Shown here: piece by piece, positions 40,701-51,927 of the stretch | How positions within the stretch are numbered: the stretch's first letter is position 1 | Layout of the letters: every line of letters starts with the position of its first letter | Assembly: GCA_902771095.1 (NCBI GenBank) | Contig: CACXVH010000005.1 | Span: 8,085-72,084 of the forward strand | Length of the DNA stretch: 64,000 nt | From: an uncultured Pseudomonadota bacterium | GTDB lineage: Bacteria; Pseudomonadota; Alphaproteobacteria; Rs-D84 | Direction: 5' to 3' | Notes under the pieces: model-generated | Seen by the model: the letters and a program-made list of their open reading frames with translations, nothing else | What the model was told of the DNA's origin: nothing | Databases searched by the model: none | Program-made: the position numbers and the translations under genes

Positions 40701-41464
40701 ATTTGGAACCATGTTGTCATATCTGGTTGGACACTGGCATTAACACCATCGTCATAGCCGGTAAAACCACAATAACAATACTGACCCGATAACGTGCTTG
40801 GGACTGGATTGCCATCAACAAAACTACATGCGGATATCCCGTGTATTCTTTTGCCGCCTTCCAGCTCTACGTCCCAGTCGGGATTGTTTACAGTATAATC
40901 TTGTTGCGGGACATTCAGAAAATCTTGGTCTAAATCTAAAAATGTGGTAACAGGATCTGGACATTCTTCTTCTGTGTATTCTTGGCAAATTCCAGCATTT
41001 CGATCTGTCCAAAATGCAATGACATCCCCAAGATCTTCCATGACTTGAACACATCGCATAGCGCAATCGGAATCGCAACCGCCACCCAAATCGTCCAAAT
41101 ATACCCACACTGGTGTATCGGACGAATAACTAAGTCGATCATCGTAATTTCTGTATGTTTTTAAACCACACCAACAATAGCTACCAGGGTCAACAGAGGG
41201 GGTGGGGATGCTATCATATTCGGCACTACAAAAAGATGTTCCGGCTAATGATTGGTTATTTTCCATCACAATAGACCAATCTGGGTCATATTGATTAACA
41301 TTCGATTGGCCATAGTCAATTGTATGAGTTGTGGCATTTGGGTCCAAATCTCCTATTAGTATAATTTCTGGACATTCTGGAAAATAATCAGCATATGCAA
41401 CACCGACACCGCCGAATACGGCGAAAAATAAAGCAAATACAGACAAGAAAAAATTCCTTTTCAT
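37790..41464 (-). CDS. giant secreted surface protein: 2 CWC modules, Flg_new repeats, about 12 BspA-type leucine-rich repeats, more Flg_new repeats and a C-terminal CWC module
   Basis: Signal peptide MKRNFFLSVFALFFAVFGGVGVAYA. C[WY]C triplets lie at 41168-41176, 40769-40777 and 37961-37969. The repeating unit is F..TF.GC.GLTS[IL]P.GLF. Flg_new endings are GYTFANW, GYMFTGW, GYTCNGW and GYVFMGW. Confidence 0.75.
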   Translation of the reverse strand: MKRNFFLSVFALFFAVFGGVGVAYADYFPECPEIILIGDLDPNATTHTIDYGQSNVNQYDPDWSIVMENNQSLAGTSFCSAEYDSIPTPSVDPGSYCWCGLKTYRNYDDRLSYSSDTPVWVYLDDLGGGCDSDCAMRCVQVMEDLGDVIAFWTDRNAGICQEYTEEECPDPVTTFLDLDQDFLNVPQQDYTVNNPDWDVELEGGKRIHGISACSFVDGNPVPSTLSGQYCYCGFTGYDDGVNASVQPDMTTWFQIQGYSDMGYMQNCLDNCAEECARAVYENIPTYNDIGLCYISNTTYNISYECNSGEGASEASFPLGTVANGGTFTTPASNACSRTGYTFANWTWNANGTGTTMNANTQYTFNFSTDKTLYAQWTQNNYTVSFAAGTNGSGTMSSQTNKHYGDTITLPANEFTPTSGYMFTGWNCNQGIGNKAAGSTFPMPAANVTCTAQWTQITYPFALTTTSLTASDRTFTFDISAVGTFYIDCGSGGALYLEGPNRYIIPSNTITKNSATVETYSCRYSSNGQKTIRFGGLATAYYSTDNTNYAAISFYNAVTNSHTKVASISGSLSQIFPYLGSSVGQFPRFNGTFLNCTHLTSIPNTLFSSLTGGGSSMFNETFRGCTGLTSIPSGLFNFNGSNVSGADYMFSETFANCTGLTGTNAIPSNLFSRVTSSAAGLFESTFAGCSGLTQLPGGLFNFGGNTVAGAHGMFNSTFSGCTSLTSIPSGLFGSFSGGGTSMFLSTFYGCSGLTSLPNGLFTFTQDLVVEQVGGLDRSYMFAETFLGCSGLTSLPSDLFSFGNHIATGNDGMFEATFKNCTNLASIPAGLFSNITSGASSLFSGTFSYCSSLQNIPSTLFNFHNSNSVTGQSGMFNRTFYGCSGITSLPDGLFARITSTANNMFQQTFANCTGLTGYIPTDFFAGLIANNHPYTTDMMEGLFSNTGSLRTTSTGCPSGMQLYTTGYESYWDSHISCQASSYTITYHDTSDCSTALSGLTPTTYTSSAAVSLPTPTRTGYTCNGWNGCTNGNISASTGWAAGTITGNVAVYKNCTGNNIPVYFDSDSSSCNYGSTLTVPQPTRTGYVFMGWKLCSLYGLETGSDGIGYGYVDGNSNSSNTGEYNLTQTNTFATEFDWGTIYGEARCSTTSGTTQGQHGTPSTTAGGYCWCGITSYEGYEDQCTISHPNWVYIDEPGQIDCENVCALNCAEGIQNSSEFREAAFGHI

Positions 41465-41606
41465 CCCCATCTTCCTTTCCTATGTTATTATTATGCTACT
41501 AAAAAACAAAATTCCGGGTCAAGAACAATTTTTCAATTCTATTGATTTTTTTTATCGGTTCTGTTATTCTTGCCTTTGTGATGAATAACCAAAGGAGAAT
41601 TATAAA

Positions 41607-42227
41607 ATGGTATCTTTAAAAGGAACACAAACAGAAAAAAATTTACTAATCGCATTTGCCGGTGAATCTCAGGCGCGTAATCGTTATACTTTCTTTGCGT
41701 CCCAGGCAAAAAAAGATGGGTTTGAGGCGATTGGTAAAATTTTCGAAGAAACTGCCGCCCAAGAAAAAGAACATGCAGAACGTCTGTTCAAATATTTGGA
41801 AGGGGGCGAATTGGAAATTACTGCCGCTTTCCCAGCCGGTAAAATTGGCGATACGCTTGAAAATTTAAAGGCCGCCGCATTTGGTGAACACGAAGAAAAC
41901 ACAGATATGTATCCGCGCTTTGCTGAAATCGCTGCCAAAGAGGGTTTTACCGCAATCGCAGAAGTTCTTAAAAATATCGGATATGCAGAACGTTATCATG
42001 AATCAAGATTTCGCGCTTTGGCAGAAGCAATCGAAAACGGAACATTGTTTAAATCTGATAAAATCGTAATGTGGCGTTGTACAAACTGTGGCAATTGGCA
42101 CATTGGTAAAGAAGCACCAGAAGTTTGTCCTGCGTGTTTGCATACCAAAGGATACTTTATCAGCGAAGGCGTGATATCGCGTTGCGACACCAGCGAAGGT
42201 TTCTGCGAATACGCAAACAAAGATTAA
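41607..42227 (+). CDS. rubrerythrin
   Basis: Ferritin-like diiron N-domain (EKNLLIAFAGESQARNRY...EKEHAE) and a rubredoxin-like C-terminus (CTNCG...CPAC). Confidence 0.85.
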   Translation: MVSLKGTQTEKNLLIAFAGESQARNRYTFFASQAKKDGFEAIGKIFEETAAQEKEHAERLFKYLEGGELEITAAFPAGKIGDTLENLKAAAFGEHEENTDMYPRFAEIAAKEGFTAIAEVLKNIGYAERYHESRFRALAEAIENGTLFKSDKIVMWRCTNCGNWHIGKEAPEVCPACLHTKGYFISEGVISRCDTSEGFCEYANKD

Positions 42228-42230
42228 AAT

Positions 42231-42259
42231 AAAAAACACCGCAATCGCGGTGTTTTTTT
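42231..42259. terminator. bidirectional rho-independent terminator
   Basis: AAAAAA-CACCGC-AATC-GCGGTG-TTTTTTT between convergent genes. Confidence 0.6.
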
Positions 42260-42791
42260 ATTGTGCTTTTGGTGCAAGGACAACCAAATTGTTTTCTTGT
42301 TTTTTCTTTTTCGGTTTTATGGCTGATTTTTGAACAGATTGTTTTTCTGATTCTTTCATTTCTAATTCGTCCAAAATCTTGTTCAATTTGCGTAAAGACG
42401 AATTTGCGCATCCGCGTCCCCGCCAAGTTAGAATTTCATTATTGTTTGCCCTGTCTATGATTGATACATTAAAATTCCACCACCAGAAACCATTAAACAT
42501 ACACCATATTGGACGAAGAAATTCTCTGCGTTCTTTAACATTTATTGCGTATCTTGCACCGTTTGGAATTTGATATGTTTCTGCCCCAGAAACCTCAGAA
42601 ACACGGGTCAATCTTCCAACACTAACATTATATCCGCGCTCTTCCATGGTTTGTTTTATTGAACGTGCCATAGAAAAACCAGCGCGTGGTGCATAAACCA
42701 GTTCCGATTTATTCAATGTTCCTGGTTTCATATAAACACTATTACAACCGGCTAGTGATAAACACAAAGTGATAAAAATAAAAATACGCAT
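42258..42791 (-). CDS. lipoprotein, function unknown
   Basis: MRIFIFITLCLSLAGC carries a lipobox. The C-terminal tail is Lys-rich. Confidence 0.55.
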   Translation of the reverse strand: MRIFIFITLCLSLAGCNSVYMKPGTLNKSELVYAPRAGFSMARSIKQTMEERGYNVSVGRLTRVSEVSGAETYQIPNGARYAINVKERREFLRPIWCMFNGFWWWNFNVSIIDRANNNEILTWRGRGCANSSLRKLNKILDELEMKESEKQSVQKSAIKPKKKKQENNLVVLAPKAQ

Positions 42792-42889
42792 AATTTTCTT
42801 CCTTTTTTTTGCTGATTTATAACACGATGCAAAAATAAATCAAGCATAAAAAAACCGCCCAATCGGGCGGTCTAATAATTTATATTGAA

Positions 42890-43777
42890 TTAAATGCTAT
42901 CTGCGTTAATCCATTTGCCCGCCTTTAACAAACCTGGGGACATACCTTTGTCATTGCGCAACGCATCAATAACACGACGCGCGCCCGCTGCGTCAAGGTC
43001 GATAATACGAACCTTGTACATATCGTTTTCACGAACAACAGTCGCATTTCCATAAGATGCCAATTCGCGTGCCAATGCGTTTGCATTATCTTCGCTGTAA
43101 ACCGCAGCAACCTGGACACTGTAATCGCCAGCAACCGGTGCAGTAGCAACTGGTGTTGGTGCCGGGGCAGGTGTTTCGCTTACTGTTTCTTGGACAGTTG
43201 TTGTTTCTGTCTTTACTGTTTCACCCAATGTAGCATTTTTTACAGCAATTGATTCATCAGACATAACCTGAATTTGAACCTTTGCTGTGCCTTTTAACCC
43301 GATTTTTTCAGCCGCTGCAGAAGACAAATCCATAATACGAGTATTTACAAATGGACCACGATTATTCACACGAACAACTACTGAATTTCCGTTGTCAAGA
43401 TTTGTAACCTTTACAATAGATGGTAATGGCAAAGTTTTACTGGTTGCGACCATTTGATTTGAATCAAATGTTTCACCATCGCTTGTTTTTGAACCGTTCA
43501 ATTCCATTGGAATTATGCCGGCAATACCGGTCTGATTATAAGACAAATCTTCGCCAGGGATATATTGAACATCTTCAACCTTGTACGGACTGCCGATATA
43601 ATATTTTGGTGCAGCCGCCATCAAATATGCGTTTGTATTTAATGTGCTTTCCGCAGGTGCCAATTGTTCTTCGGCAAACCCGTCATAGCCATATGTAGCA
43701 TTGTTATCTTTGGAATTTAAATCCATACATCCAGCAACCAAAGCGGTCAACACCGCCAAAGATACCACTTTTTTCAT
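42890..43777 (-). CDS. rlpA: septal ring lytic transglycosylase RlpA (DPBB plus SPOR domains)
   Basis: Lipobox LVAGC. DPBB core ATSKTLPLPSIVKVTNLDNGNSVVVRVNNRGPF. C-terminal SPOR-like YSVQVAAVYSEDNANALAREL. Confidence 0.8.
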   Translation of the reverse strand: MKKVVSLAVLTALVAGCMDLNSKDNNATYGYDGFAEEQLAPAESTLNTNAYLMAAAPKYYIGSPYKVEDVQYIPGEDLSYNQTGIAGIIPMELNGSKTSDGETFDSNQMVATSKTLPLPSIVKVTNLDNGNSVVVRVNNRGPFVNTRIMDLSSAAAEKIGLKGTAKVQIQVMSDESIAVKNATLGETVKTETTTVQETVSETPAPAPTPVATAPVAGDYSVQVAAVYSEDNANALARELASYGNATVVRENDMYKVRIIDLDAAGARRVIDALRNDKGMSPGLLKAGKWINADSI

Positions 43778-43856
43778 ATTCTCACTCCTTTTGTGGGGCA
43801 ACCCCGTTTATTCTTACATTCGCTATTGTATCATAAATAAAAGCGACTTGCAAACT

Positions 43857-45323
43857 TTATTTTATAATAAATCTATCAATTACAAACGCGATGGGCAGGT
43901 ATAAAATCCCAAAGGCACAAATTGCGATACCAAGTACCCAAACATTTGCGATACTAAACATTGATAATAATCCACCAAGTGCCACCGCCAACAAGGCAAA
44001 AACAAACATTGAAATAATTGTTTTTCTGTCTGTTTTGACAAGTGCGCGTTTGCGACATACGCGTCCCAAAAGATAGTTTTTAACATAACCACTGATTACA
44101 ACACCAATTGGAATAGATAAATATCCAACAACTGGGAATAATGCCAAATAGATAACTGTCGCAACACCCAAAGAGACAACACTTGTCCGGACCGGGGTAT
44201 TAACATCTTGGGAAGCATATAATGTTTTACTGTAAATCTGGCTTATTAACATCGCAGGCAATACCAAACATTGAACCTTAATCGCCAGCGCAACCGCCTG
44301 GGTAGATTCTGGGGTCCACGCACCGTGTTGAAACAAAATTCTGATAATTGGTTCTGCCAACACAAAAAGTCCAACTACACAAGGCATAATAAGCATCATA
44401 GAGCGGCGCATAGATGAATTTTGTTGTAAATAAACGCTTCGCATATTTTTTTCAGTCAATGCCTTTGAAATAGAAGAAATTAAAACTGTTCCAACCGCCA
44501 GCCCAATCATCGCAAATGGTAATTGAACCATACGGTCTGAATAATAAAGCCACGATACAGCACCGCTTTGCCAACTGGCGACCAATGTTCCAACAATAAT
44601 CGTTATTTGATAAAAACCAGAACCAACCAAACTGACCCCAAATCTTTTGAACATATTTTTAATCTGACTGTTCCAATGAGGAATTATCAGACGCAGACCA
44701 AAATGTTTGCTGCGTATCCGTTTCCAAAGAGTCAAGAACTGGATGATTCCAGAAAGAACCACGGTTCCTGCCATTACATAGATAATATACTGATTCCCAT
44801 ACCAAATAGACGCAACCAAGGCACAAATTAACATAATGTTTAACAATACTGGCATAAAAGCCGCCAATAAAAATCGTGAATGTGCATTTAACACAGCCGA
44901 TAAAAACGCCGCCCCACAAATGAATATAACATAAAAGAACATTATGCGCGCAATGGTCACTGTTAATTGTAGTTTTCCAGGGTCTTCGGAAAAGCCAGGT
45001 GCCAACGCCCATATAATCAACGGCATAAAGATTTCAAAAACAATTGTTATGCCAAGCAATATAACCATTAACCAAGAAAAAACATTTTTTGCAAAACCTT
45101 CATCCTTTTTCATATCAGTGTACATCGGGATGAATATCGCAGACAATGCACCTTCGCCCAATAAATCACGAAACAGGTTAGGTAGTTTGAATGCGGCAAA
45201 GAATATGTCTGATAATCGTCCAGCACCCAAAAAGCGCGCAATTAACATATCGCGGACAAATCCAAATACGCGACTTACCCCAGTCATTGCGCCAACACCG
45301 AATATATTTTTTCCTAATTTCAT
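43857..45323 (-). CDS. murJ: lipid II flippase MurJ
   Basis: SRVFGFVRDMLIARFLGAG...SDIFFAAFKLPNLFRDLLGEGALSAIFIPMY, with about 14 TM helices. Confidence 0.85.
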   Translation of the reverse strand: MKLGKNIFGVGAMTGVSRVFGFVRDMLIARFLGAGRLSDIFFAAFKLPNLFRDLLGEGALSAIFIPMYTDMKKDEGFAKNVFSWLMVILLGITIVFEIFMPLIIWALAPGFSEDPGKLQLTVTIARIMFFYVIFICGAAFLSAVLNAHSRFLLAAFMPVLLNIMLICALVASIWYGNQYIIYVMAGTVVLSGIIQFLTLWKRIRSKHFGLRLIIPHWNSQIKNMFKRFGVSLVGSGFYQITIIVGTLVASWQSGAVSWLYYSDRMVQLPFAMIGLAVGTVLISSISKALTEKNMRSVYLQQNSSMRRSMMLIMPCVVGLFVLAEPIIRILFQHGAWTPESTQAVALAIKVQCLVLPAMLISQIYSKTLYASQDVNTPVRTSVVSLGVATVIYLALFPVVGYLSIPIGVVISGYVKNYLLGRVCRKRALVKTDRKTIISMFVFALLAVALGGLLSMFSIANVWVLGIAICAFGILYLPIAFVIDRFIIK

Positions 45324-45395
45324 GATAAAACCTATTTTTTGCTTTTATTTTTTTATCTGATTTATTATACTGCGATTGTTTAAGGAATTTCAAGT

Positions 45396-46115
45396 ATGAA
45401 AAAAATCATTTTATTATTTTGTTGTGTTCCCTTGCTATACGCATGTAGCGGGGGCGAAGAAATCAAATCAGATAGACCTTTGGAAGAAATTTATGCGGAT
45501 GCGTATAAAGAATTTAATGACAAAGATTATGATGATGCCGCAGAATTGTTCCAAACCGCGGAATCACAATATCCATCCAGTCCATGGGCGGCGGATGCGC
45601 TGGTTATGATGGCTTATTCACGATATATGGATAAAGATTTTGCAGGGGCTATATTGGCAATCGATAGATATATGCGTTTCCATCCGGGGCACAAAGATGT
45701 CCCATATATGATGTATCTGCGTGGAATGTGCTATTATCGTCAGGTAAGTGATGTTCGTCGTGATCCTGGAATGTCTGCGTATGCTTTGCAACAGTTTCAA
45801 CAGTTGGTGGATAGATTCCCATCATCTGAATATGCCAAAAATGCAAAAAACAAAATTTTGATTTTGAAAAACTATATCGCGGGCAAGGTTATGTATGCTG
45901 CACACGAAGATATGCAGCGGGAAAATTGGACTGCGGCAATAACCAGATTACAATCTATTGTCGCTACTGCCCAAGAAACAGTTATGACGCCAGAAGCGAT
46001 GTTTCGTTTAACCGAATGTTACACCGCGATTGGCTTGCCAGAGCAGGCGAACGGCTATGCCGAAATGTTGCGTAAAAATTTCCCAGATAACGAATGGACA
46101 AAAAAGTTAAAATAA
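45396..46115 (+). CDS. bamD: outer membrane protein assembly factor BamD
   Basis: Lipobox LLYACSG and TPR-like repeats, YPSSPWAADALVMMAYSRY...RFHPGHKDVPYMMYLRGMCYY. Confidence 0.8.
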   Translation: MKKIILLFCCVPLLYACSGGEEIKSDRPLEEIYADAYKEFNDKDYDDAAELFQTAESQYPSSPWAADALVMMAYSRYMDKDFAGAILAIDRYMRFHPGHKDVPYMMYLRGMCYYRQVSDVRRDPGMSAYALQQFQQLVDRFPSSEYAKNAKNKILILKNYIAGKVMYAAHEDMQRENWTAAITRLQSIVATAQETVMTPEAMFRLTECYTAIGLPEQANGYAEMLRKNFPDNEWTKKLK

Positions 46116-46137
46116 AAAATGCCCAAACGGGCATTTT

Positions 46138-46674
46138 TTAACGACTTAATGCTTGTAGTTGCTTTTTACGCAAAGCAATTAGTTGTGTTTTAGTAAATAA
46201 ATATTTCTTTGGAATTGCTTTGTATTTAATACCAACTTCGTTAAATATATCAAAAGAAATATCTAACTCATCGCGCCAACCAGGGATACCTTTTTTGCTT
46301 TTATCCAAATCTATGTAAAATACTTCGCGAATCCCAGCTTGGGCGATCATTTTTGCACAGTTTGGACAAGGTGGTTGAGTTACATACAAAATCCCATTAT
46401 CGATTTTTGCGCCATTTCTTCCTGCGTTAATGATAGCATTTGCTTCTGCATGAACAACGCGCGGATATTTTTGAGCGCGATCATTTAATCTTTCTGGGGT
46501 ATCTGCTACACCGCGTGGAAATCCGTTATACCCTTCGGATAAAACAAACCTGTCTGGGGAAACAATTATACAGCCAACCTTGGTGCTGGGGTCTTTGGAT
46601 CGCGTTGACATCAATTGCGCTTGTTGCATAAACGCGATGTTCCAATCGTAATTAAAAGTGAATTTTTGTTCCAT
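46138..46674 (-). CDS. deoxycytidylate (dCMP) deaminase, ComEB-like
   Basis: VGCIIV...YNGFPRG...HAEANAI...PCPNCAKMIAQAGI. Confidence 0.8.
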   Translation of the reverse strand: MEQKFTFNYDWNIAFMQQAQLMSTRSKDPSTKVGCIIVSPDRFVLSEGYNGFPRGVADTPERLNDRAQKYPRVVHAEANAIINAGRNGAKIDNGILYVTQPPCPNCAKMIAQAGIREVFYIDLDKSKKGIPGWRDELDISFDIFNEVGIKYKAIPKKYLFTKTQLIALRKKQLQALSR

Positions 46675-46766
46675 TTTTTTGTGCCTTTTTTGTTTGTATT
46701 CAGGACAAGCATAGAATATTTATTCGATTTTTCAAGGTTTTTGTTGTTTTTCGGAAATCGTGTGCT

Positions 46767-47669
46767 ATGGTTTTTTGTATGACGAAAACATATTCTGGTT
46801 TTATAGCAATTATCGGACCGACAAATGCCGGTAAATCAACCTTGCTTAATCAAATCATGGAACGCAAGGTGTCAATTGTTTCGCACAAGGTGCAAACCAC
46901 GCGGACTCGCCTTCGCGCGATTAAAATGGTCGGCAATAAACAGTTGATTTTTGTTGATACCCCGGGTGTTTTTAAACCATCGCGTCGCCTTGATAGGGCG
47001 ATGGTGGGTGCGGCTATGTCTGCGATTGATGATTCTGATGCGGTATTATTATTGATTGATGCGCAAAAGGGTATAACACAAACTGTGCGTGATTTAATCG
47101 AAAAAATCAAAAATCACAAGAATTTATTTGTTGCACTTAACAAGGTTGATGCAATTTCCAAAGAAACGCTTTTGCCGATGGTCGCTGAATTGACACAACT
47201 GGCTGAATTTCGGGAAATATTTATGATTTCTGCGCTTAAAAATGATGGTGTAAAACAAATGCTACAATCACTGGCCGATGTTATGCCAGAATCTCCATAT
47301 TTGTTTGAAACGCGTGATGCGGTTGATGTTCCTGATATGCTGTATCTGGCGGAACTTACACGGGAAAAGGTATACAAATATATTCACCAAGAATTGCCTT
47401 ATCATATCAATGTTGTGACGGAAAAAGTTGAAACAGACGCCGAAGGTGTTCTGGAAATATATCAAAAAATTGTTGTTCAAAACGAAGGACACAAAAAAAT
47501 TGTTGTTGGTCGTGGTGGCACCCAGTTAAAAAAGATTGGAACCGCGGCGCGTCATGATATCCAAGATCAATGGGGTGTAAATGCGCGCCTGCACCTGTTT
47601 GTTCGTGTTGAACCAAACTGGGAAGATGTGGCAGAAAACTACACTGACCAAGGATTAGAATTTAAATAA
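46767..47669 (+). CDS. era: GTPase Era
   Basis: GFIAIIGPTNAGKSTL, DTPG, NKVD and a C-terminal KH domain (VVGRGGTQLKKIG). The start could instead be ATG 46779. Confidence 0.9.
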   Translation: MVFCMTKTYSGFIAIIGPTNAGKSTLLNQIMERKVSIVSHKVQTTRTRLRAIKMVGNKQLIFVDTPGVFKPSRRLDRAMVGAAMSAIDDSDAVLLLIDAQKGITQTVRDLIEKIKNHKNLFVALNKVDAISKETLLPMVAELTQLAEFREIFMISALKNDGVKQMLQSLADVMPESPYLFETRDAVDVPDMLYLAELTREKVYKYIHQELPYHINVVTEKVETDAEGVLEIYQKIVVQNEGHKKIVVGRGGTQLKKIGTAARHDIQDQWGVNARLHLFVRVEPNWEDVAENYTDQGLEFK

Positions 47670-47687
47670 AATAAAAAGGAGCGCAAA

Positions 47688-48062
47688 ATGAAAGTAAAAT
47701 ATAAATTGATTTTTATTGTACCTGCAATGGCTTTGACAATGGGTGCTTGTAAAACTTATTTGAATACTGTCACAAATGTTTTTGATGGTAAAAAAATATT
47801 GATGGAAAATGCCGAAGGCGAAGAACGCATGATTGATTGTTCCAAAAAAACACAACAAACAGAACAATTATTAAAAGATATTCCTTATTTCAGAAAGGGC
47901 GATCAGATCAAATTAAAGCAAGCAAAAGTATTTGGCAATAATTATGATGGTCGCCGTGTCTTTACAACCGAAGATTACAAAGTTGTGTATCCGTTGGATA
48001 CTATCCAAATCAGAAAAGATCAAGAAATAATCGCTAAAGAAAAAGCAACACATGTAAGATAA
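47688..48062 (+). CDS. lipoprotein, function unknown
   Basis: MKVKYKLIFIVPAMALTMGAC carries a lipobox. AAAGGAG RBS. Confidence 0.5.
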   Translation: MKVKYKLIFIVPAMALTMGACKTYLNTVTNVFDGKKILMENAEGEERMIDCSKKTQQTEQLLKDIPYFRKGDQIKLKQAKVFGNNYDGRRVFTTEDYKVVYPLDTIQIRKDQEIIAKEKATHVR

Positions 48063-49076
48063 ATGTATCATACATCTGATTTTGATTTTGAATTACCAAA
48101 CGAATTAATCGCGTCACATCCTTTGGAAAGACGCGATTCTTCGCGTATGCTGGTGATTGATAATGGAAAAAGTCGCGATCAACATATCCGTGATTTTATA
48201 TCTTATTTGCAACCGGGTGATGTGGTGGTATTCAATAATTCCCGTGTAATACCGGCACGATTTGACGCATCTGGACACGAGATAACTTTGCATACTGCCA
48301 AGACAGATAAAGATTGGTGGGGGCTTTGTAAAAAGTTTAATAAAATCAATATCGGCGATATTTTAACTATGGAAGACGGCACAGAAATAGTTGTTGTCGA
48401 TAAAGATGATGAAAGCGGACTGTTGTTGCACTTTGTTTGCGATAATGTTTTTGATTTATTGGACAAGGTTGGCAAAATGCCGTTGCCACCGTATATGAAA
48501 CGCGAAGAAGAATCAGCGGACAGGGACAGATATCAAACGGTGTATGCAGAACCTTTGGGGTCAATGGCTGCGCCAACTGCGGGTCTTCATTTCACAGATG
48601 AATTGATGCACGAAATTGAAAAAGCAGGGGCAAAGATTGTAAAAATTACTTTGCATGTTGGCGCTGGAACGTGGATGCCGGTTAAAACAGAAAATCTGAA
48701 CGAACATAAAATGCATTCTGAGTGGTGCTGTATTACACCAGAACAAGCGGAAATTATAAACAATGCAAAACGTGTAATCGCAGTTGGAACAACATCTTTG
48801 CGCACCTTGGAAAGCGCACATAGATTGACGGATGGTAATCATCGTGTTGCGCCAATTTGCCAAACGACTGATATATTTATTACACCGGGATATAAATTTG
48901 GTGCGGTGGATGTGTTGTTGACTAATTTTCATTTGCCAAAATCAACATTATTTATGTTGGTATCTGCTTTTGCAGGACTTGACGAAATGAAAACCGCATA
49001 TGCACATGCTGTCGCCGAAAAATACAGATTTTTCAGTTATGGTGATTGCTGTTTGCTTTTTAAAAAGGATGTGTAA
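48063..49076 (+). CDS. queA: S-adenosylmethionine:tRNA ribosyltransferase-isomerase QueA
   Basis: DFDFELPNELIASHPLERRDSSRMLV...LPPYM...YQTVYA...GSMAAPTAGLHFT. Confidence 0.9.
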   Translation: MYHTSDFDFELPNELIASHPLERRDSSRMLVIDNGKSRDQHIRDFISYLQPGDVVVFNNSRVIPARFDASGHEITLHTAKTDKDWWGLCKKFNKINIGDILTMEDGTEIVVVDKDDESGLLLHFVCDNVFDLLDKVGKMPLPPYMKREEESADRDRYQTVYAEPLGSMAAPTAGLHFTDELMHEIEKAGAKIVKITLHVGAGTWMPVKTENLNEHKMHSEWCCITPEQAEIINNAKRVIAVGTTSLRTLESAHRLTDGNHRVAPICQTTDIFITPGYKFGAVDVLLTNFHLPKSTLFMLVSAFAGLDEMKTAYAHAVAEKYRFFSYGDCCLLFKKDV

Positions 49077-50505
<1,429 letters not shown>

Positions 50506-50572
50506 AAAACTATTGAAATCTGTTTGATAATTTTTGTATCATTATGTGTGTAAAAACAAAAGGAGAAACATA

Positions 50573-50893
50573 ATGAACAAATATTTTAAAACATTGTTAT
50601 GGTCGGTTGTCGCATTTGTTGCGTCTTATTTTGGTATTATTTGGGCGGGATTCAAAGGAACAGTCCCTGTAAAATGTGCCGCCTTGGGCAGTATGTCTAT
50701 GCGGGCTTTTTTACCGCTAAGAACACCTTGGTTTTCTTTTGAAATATGGCTTGCCTTGATAATCGCTATGTTTGTTTTCGCAATTCTTTTACCAAAAGAA
50801 AGCAAATATACAAAAATGTCATGGTCTGTATTTTTCATAACACTTGGTATTTATATCTGTTATGTCGCTTTGAATTGGCCATCTTGTTTTTAA
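50573..50893 (+). CDS. small polytopic membrane protein
   Basis: ATG follows AAAGGAGAAACATA. It has three or four hydrophobic helices. Confidence 0.45.
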   Translation: MNKYFKTLLWSVVAFVASYFGIIWAGFKGTVPVKCAALGSMSMRAFLPLRTPWFSFEIWLALIIAMFVFAILLPKESKYTKMSWSVFFITLGIYICYVALNWPSCF

Positions 50894-50920
50894 TAAACAT
50901 TGATTAAAAAGGGAAAAATT

Positions 50921-51904
50921 ATGGCAAGAAAAGAAGTAGAAGTAATTGATCGCGGTGGCGCAAAAACTGTCGCCAAAAAAACATCTGTGATTAAGGTGAC
51001 TAAGCGCACATTTGCGATTATATCGGTTATATGGTTGATATTTGTTGCTTGGTTCCCGTTGCATGTAAAAAACACTTATGCGGGTCCAATTAAAAAGTCA
51101 ATGGTTGTATCAATGTTCTTTGATTTGCAAAGAAATATTGTTGAACAATATGAAAAATTATTGGCAGGAATCAAAGATGCTATCAACCTTGAAAAACCAA
51201 TTGGTGTTGCAATTGAAAAGGTGAAAATTGTTGAAAATCAGGTTGGCAAGGTGACAGATACCACTGCCAAGGCAAAAGAACAAACAAACAAAGTTAAACA
51301 AGAAACAGAAAAAGTTTCTGCTTTGGCTGGGTTTGCAAATAAATTGGGTATTAAGACAGGTGGTGTTGATAAAGCAGTTGATCAAGCGAATAAAGCAGTT
51401 GCAACAGCTGATAAAGGCATTGCCAAGGTTGATGCTGTGGCAGACCAAGTGAACAAAAAACTTGATTCTGTTAAAACAGAATTGGTAAAGGTTTCTCAAA
51501 TCGAAGTTGATAAAATGATTGATGAAGCCATCAAAAAACAACTGGATAAAAATTCTGGGGGATTGGGGACAACTTTGTTAACCAATTATGGTATTAAACA
51601 TGTATATCCATGGCGTCCGTCTTCTTGGCCTGTGGCAGTAAAAATCTATAATGATTTGGAAAAATCTAATTTGGGTGTTGTCCAAATTTTGACCAATACG
51701 GTTAACAAATATTTCGGTTATGTCGCTTGGGGATTGGTGATAGCTGCATGGGTTGCTGGGTTTATTATTTGGATGTTCGCGTTCAGCAAGGTTAATGCGT
51801 TCTTAAAACCGTTCTTGGTATGTCCGCGCTGTGGTCACACAATTGCAGACAAACGCACTGCTATGGGACTGCTTAGTGCTTTCCAACCATGGAAATGGTT
51901 TTAA
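50921..51904 (+). CDS. membrane protein with a long Lys/Ala/Val-rich coiled-coil and a C-terminal CxxC segment
   Basis: N-terminal TM, then a low-complexity helical region (KAVDQANKAVATADKGIAKVDAVADQVNKK), two TM helices and CPRCGH. Confidence 0.45.
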   Translation: MARKEVEVIDRGGAKTVAKKTSVIKVTKRTFAIISVIWLIFVAWFPLHVKNTYAGPIKKSMVVSMFFDLQRNIVEQYEKLLAGIKDAINLEKPIGVAIEKVKIVENQVGKVTDTTAKAKEQTNKVKQETEKVSALAGFANKLGIKTGGVDKAVDQANKAVATADKGIAKVDAVADQVNKKLDSVKTELVKVSQIEVDKMIDEAIKKQLDKNSGGLGTTLLTNYGIKHVYPWRPSSWPVAVKIYNDLEKSNLGVVQILTNTVNKYFGYVAWGLVIAAWVAGFIIWMFAFSKVNAFLKPFLVCPRCGHTIADKRTAMGLLSAFQPWKWF

Positions 51905-51927
51905 TTGAAATATAAAAGACCATATAA

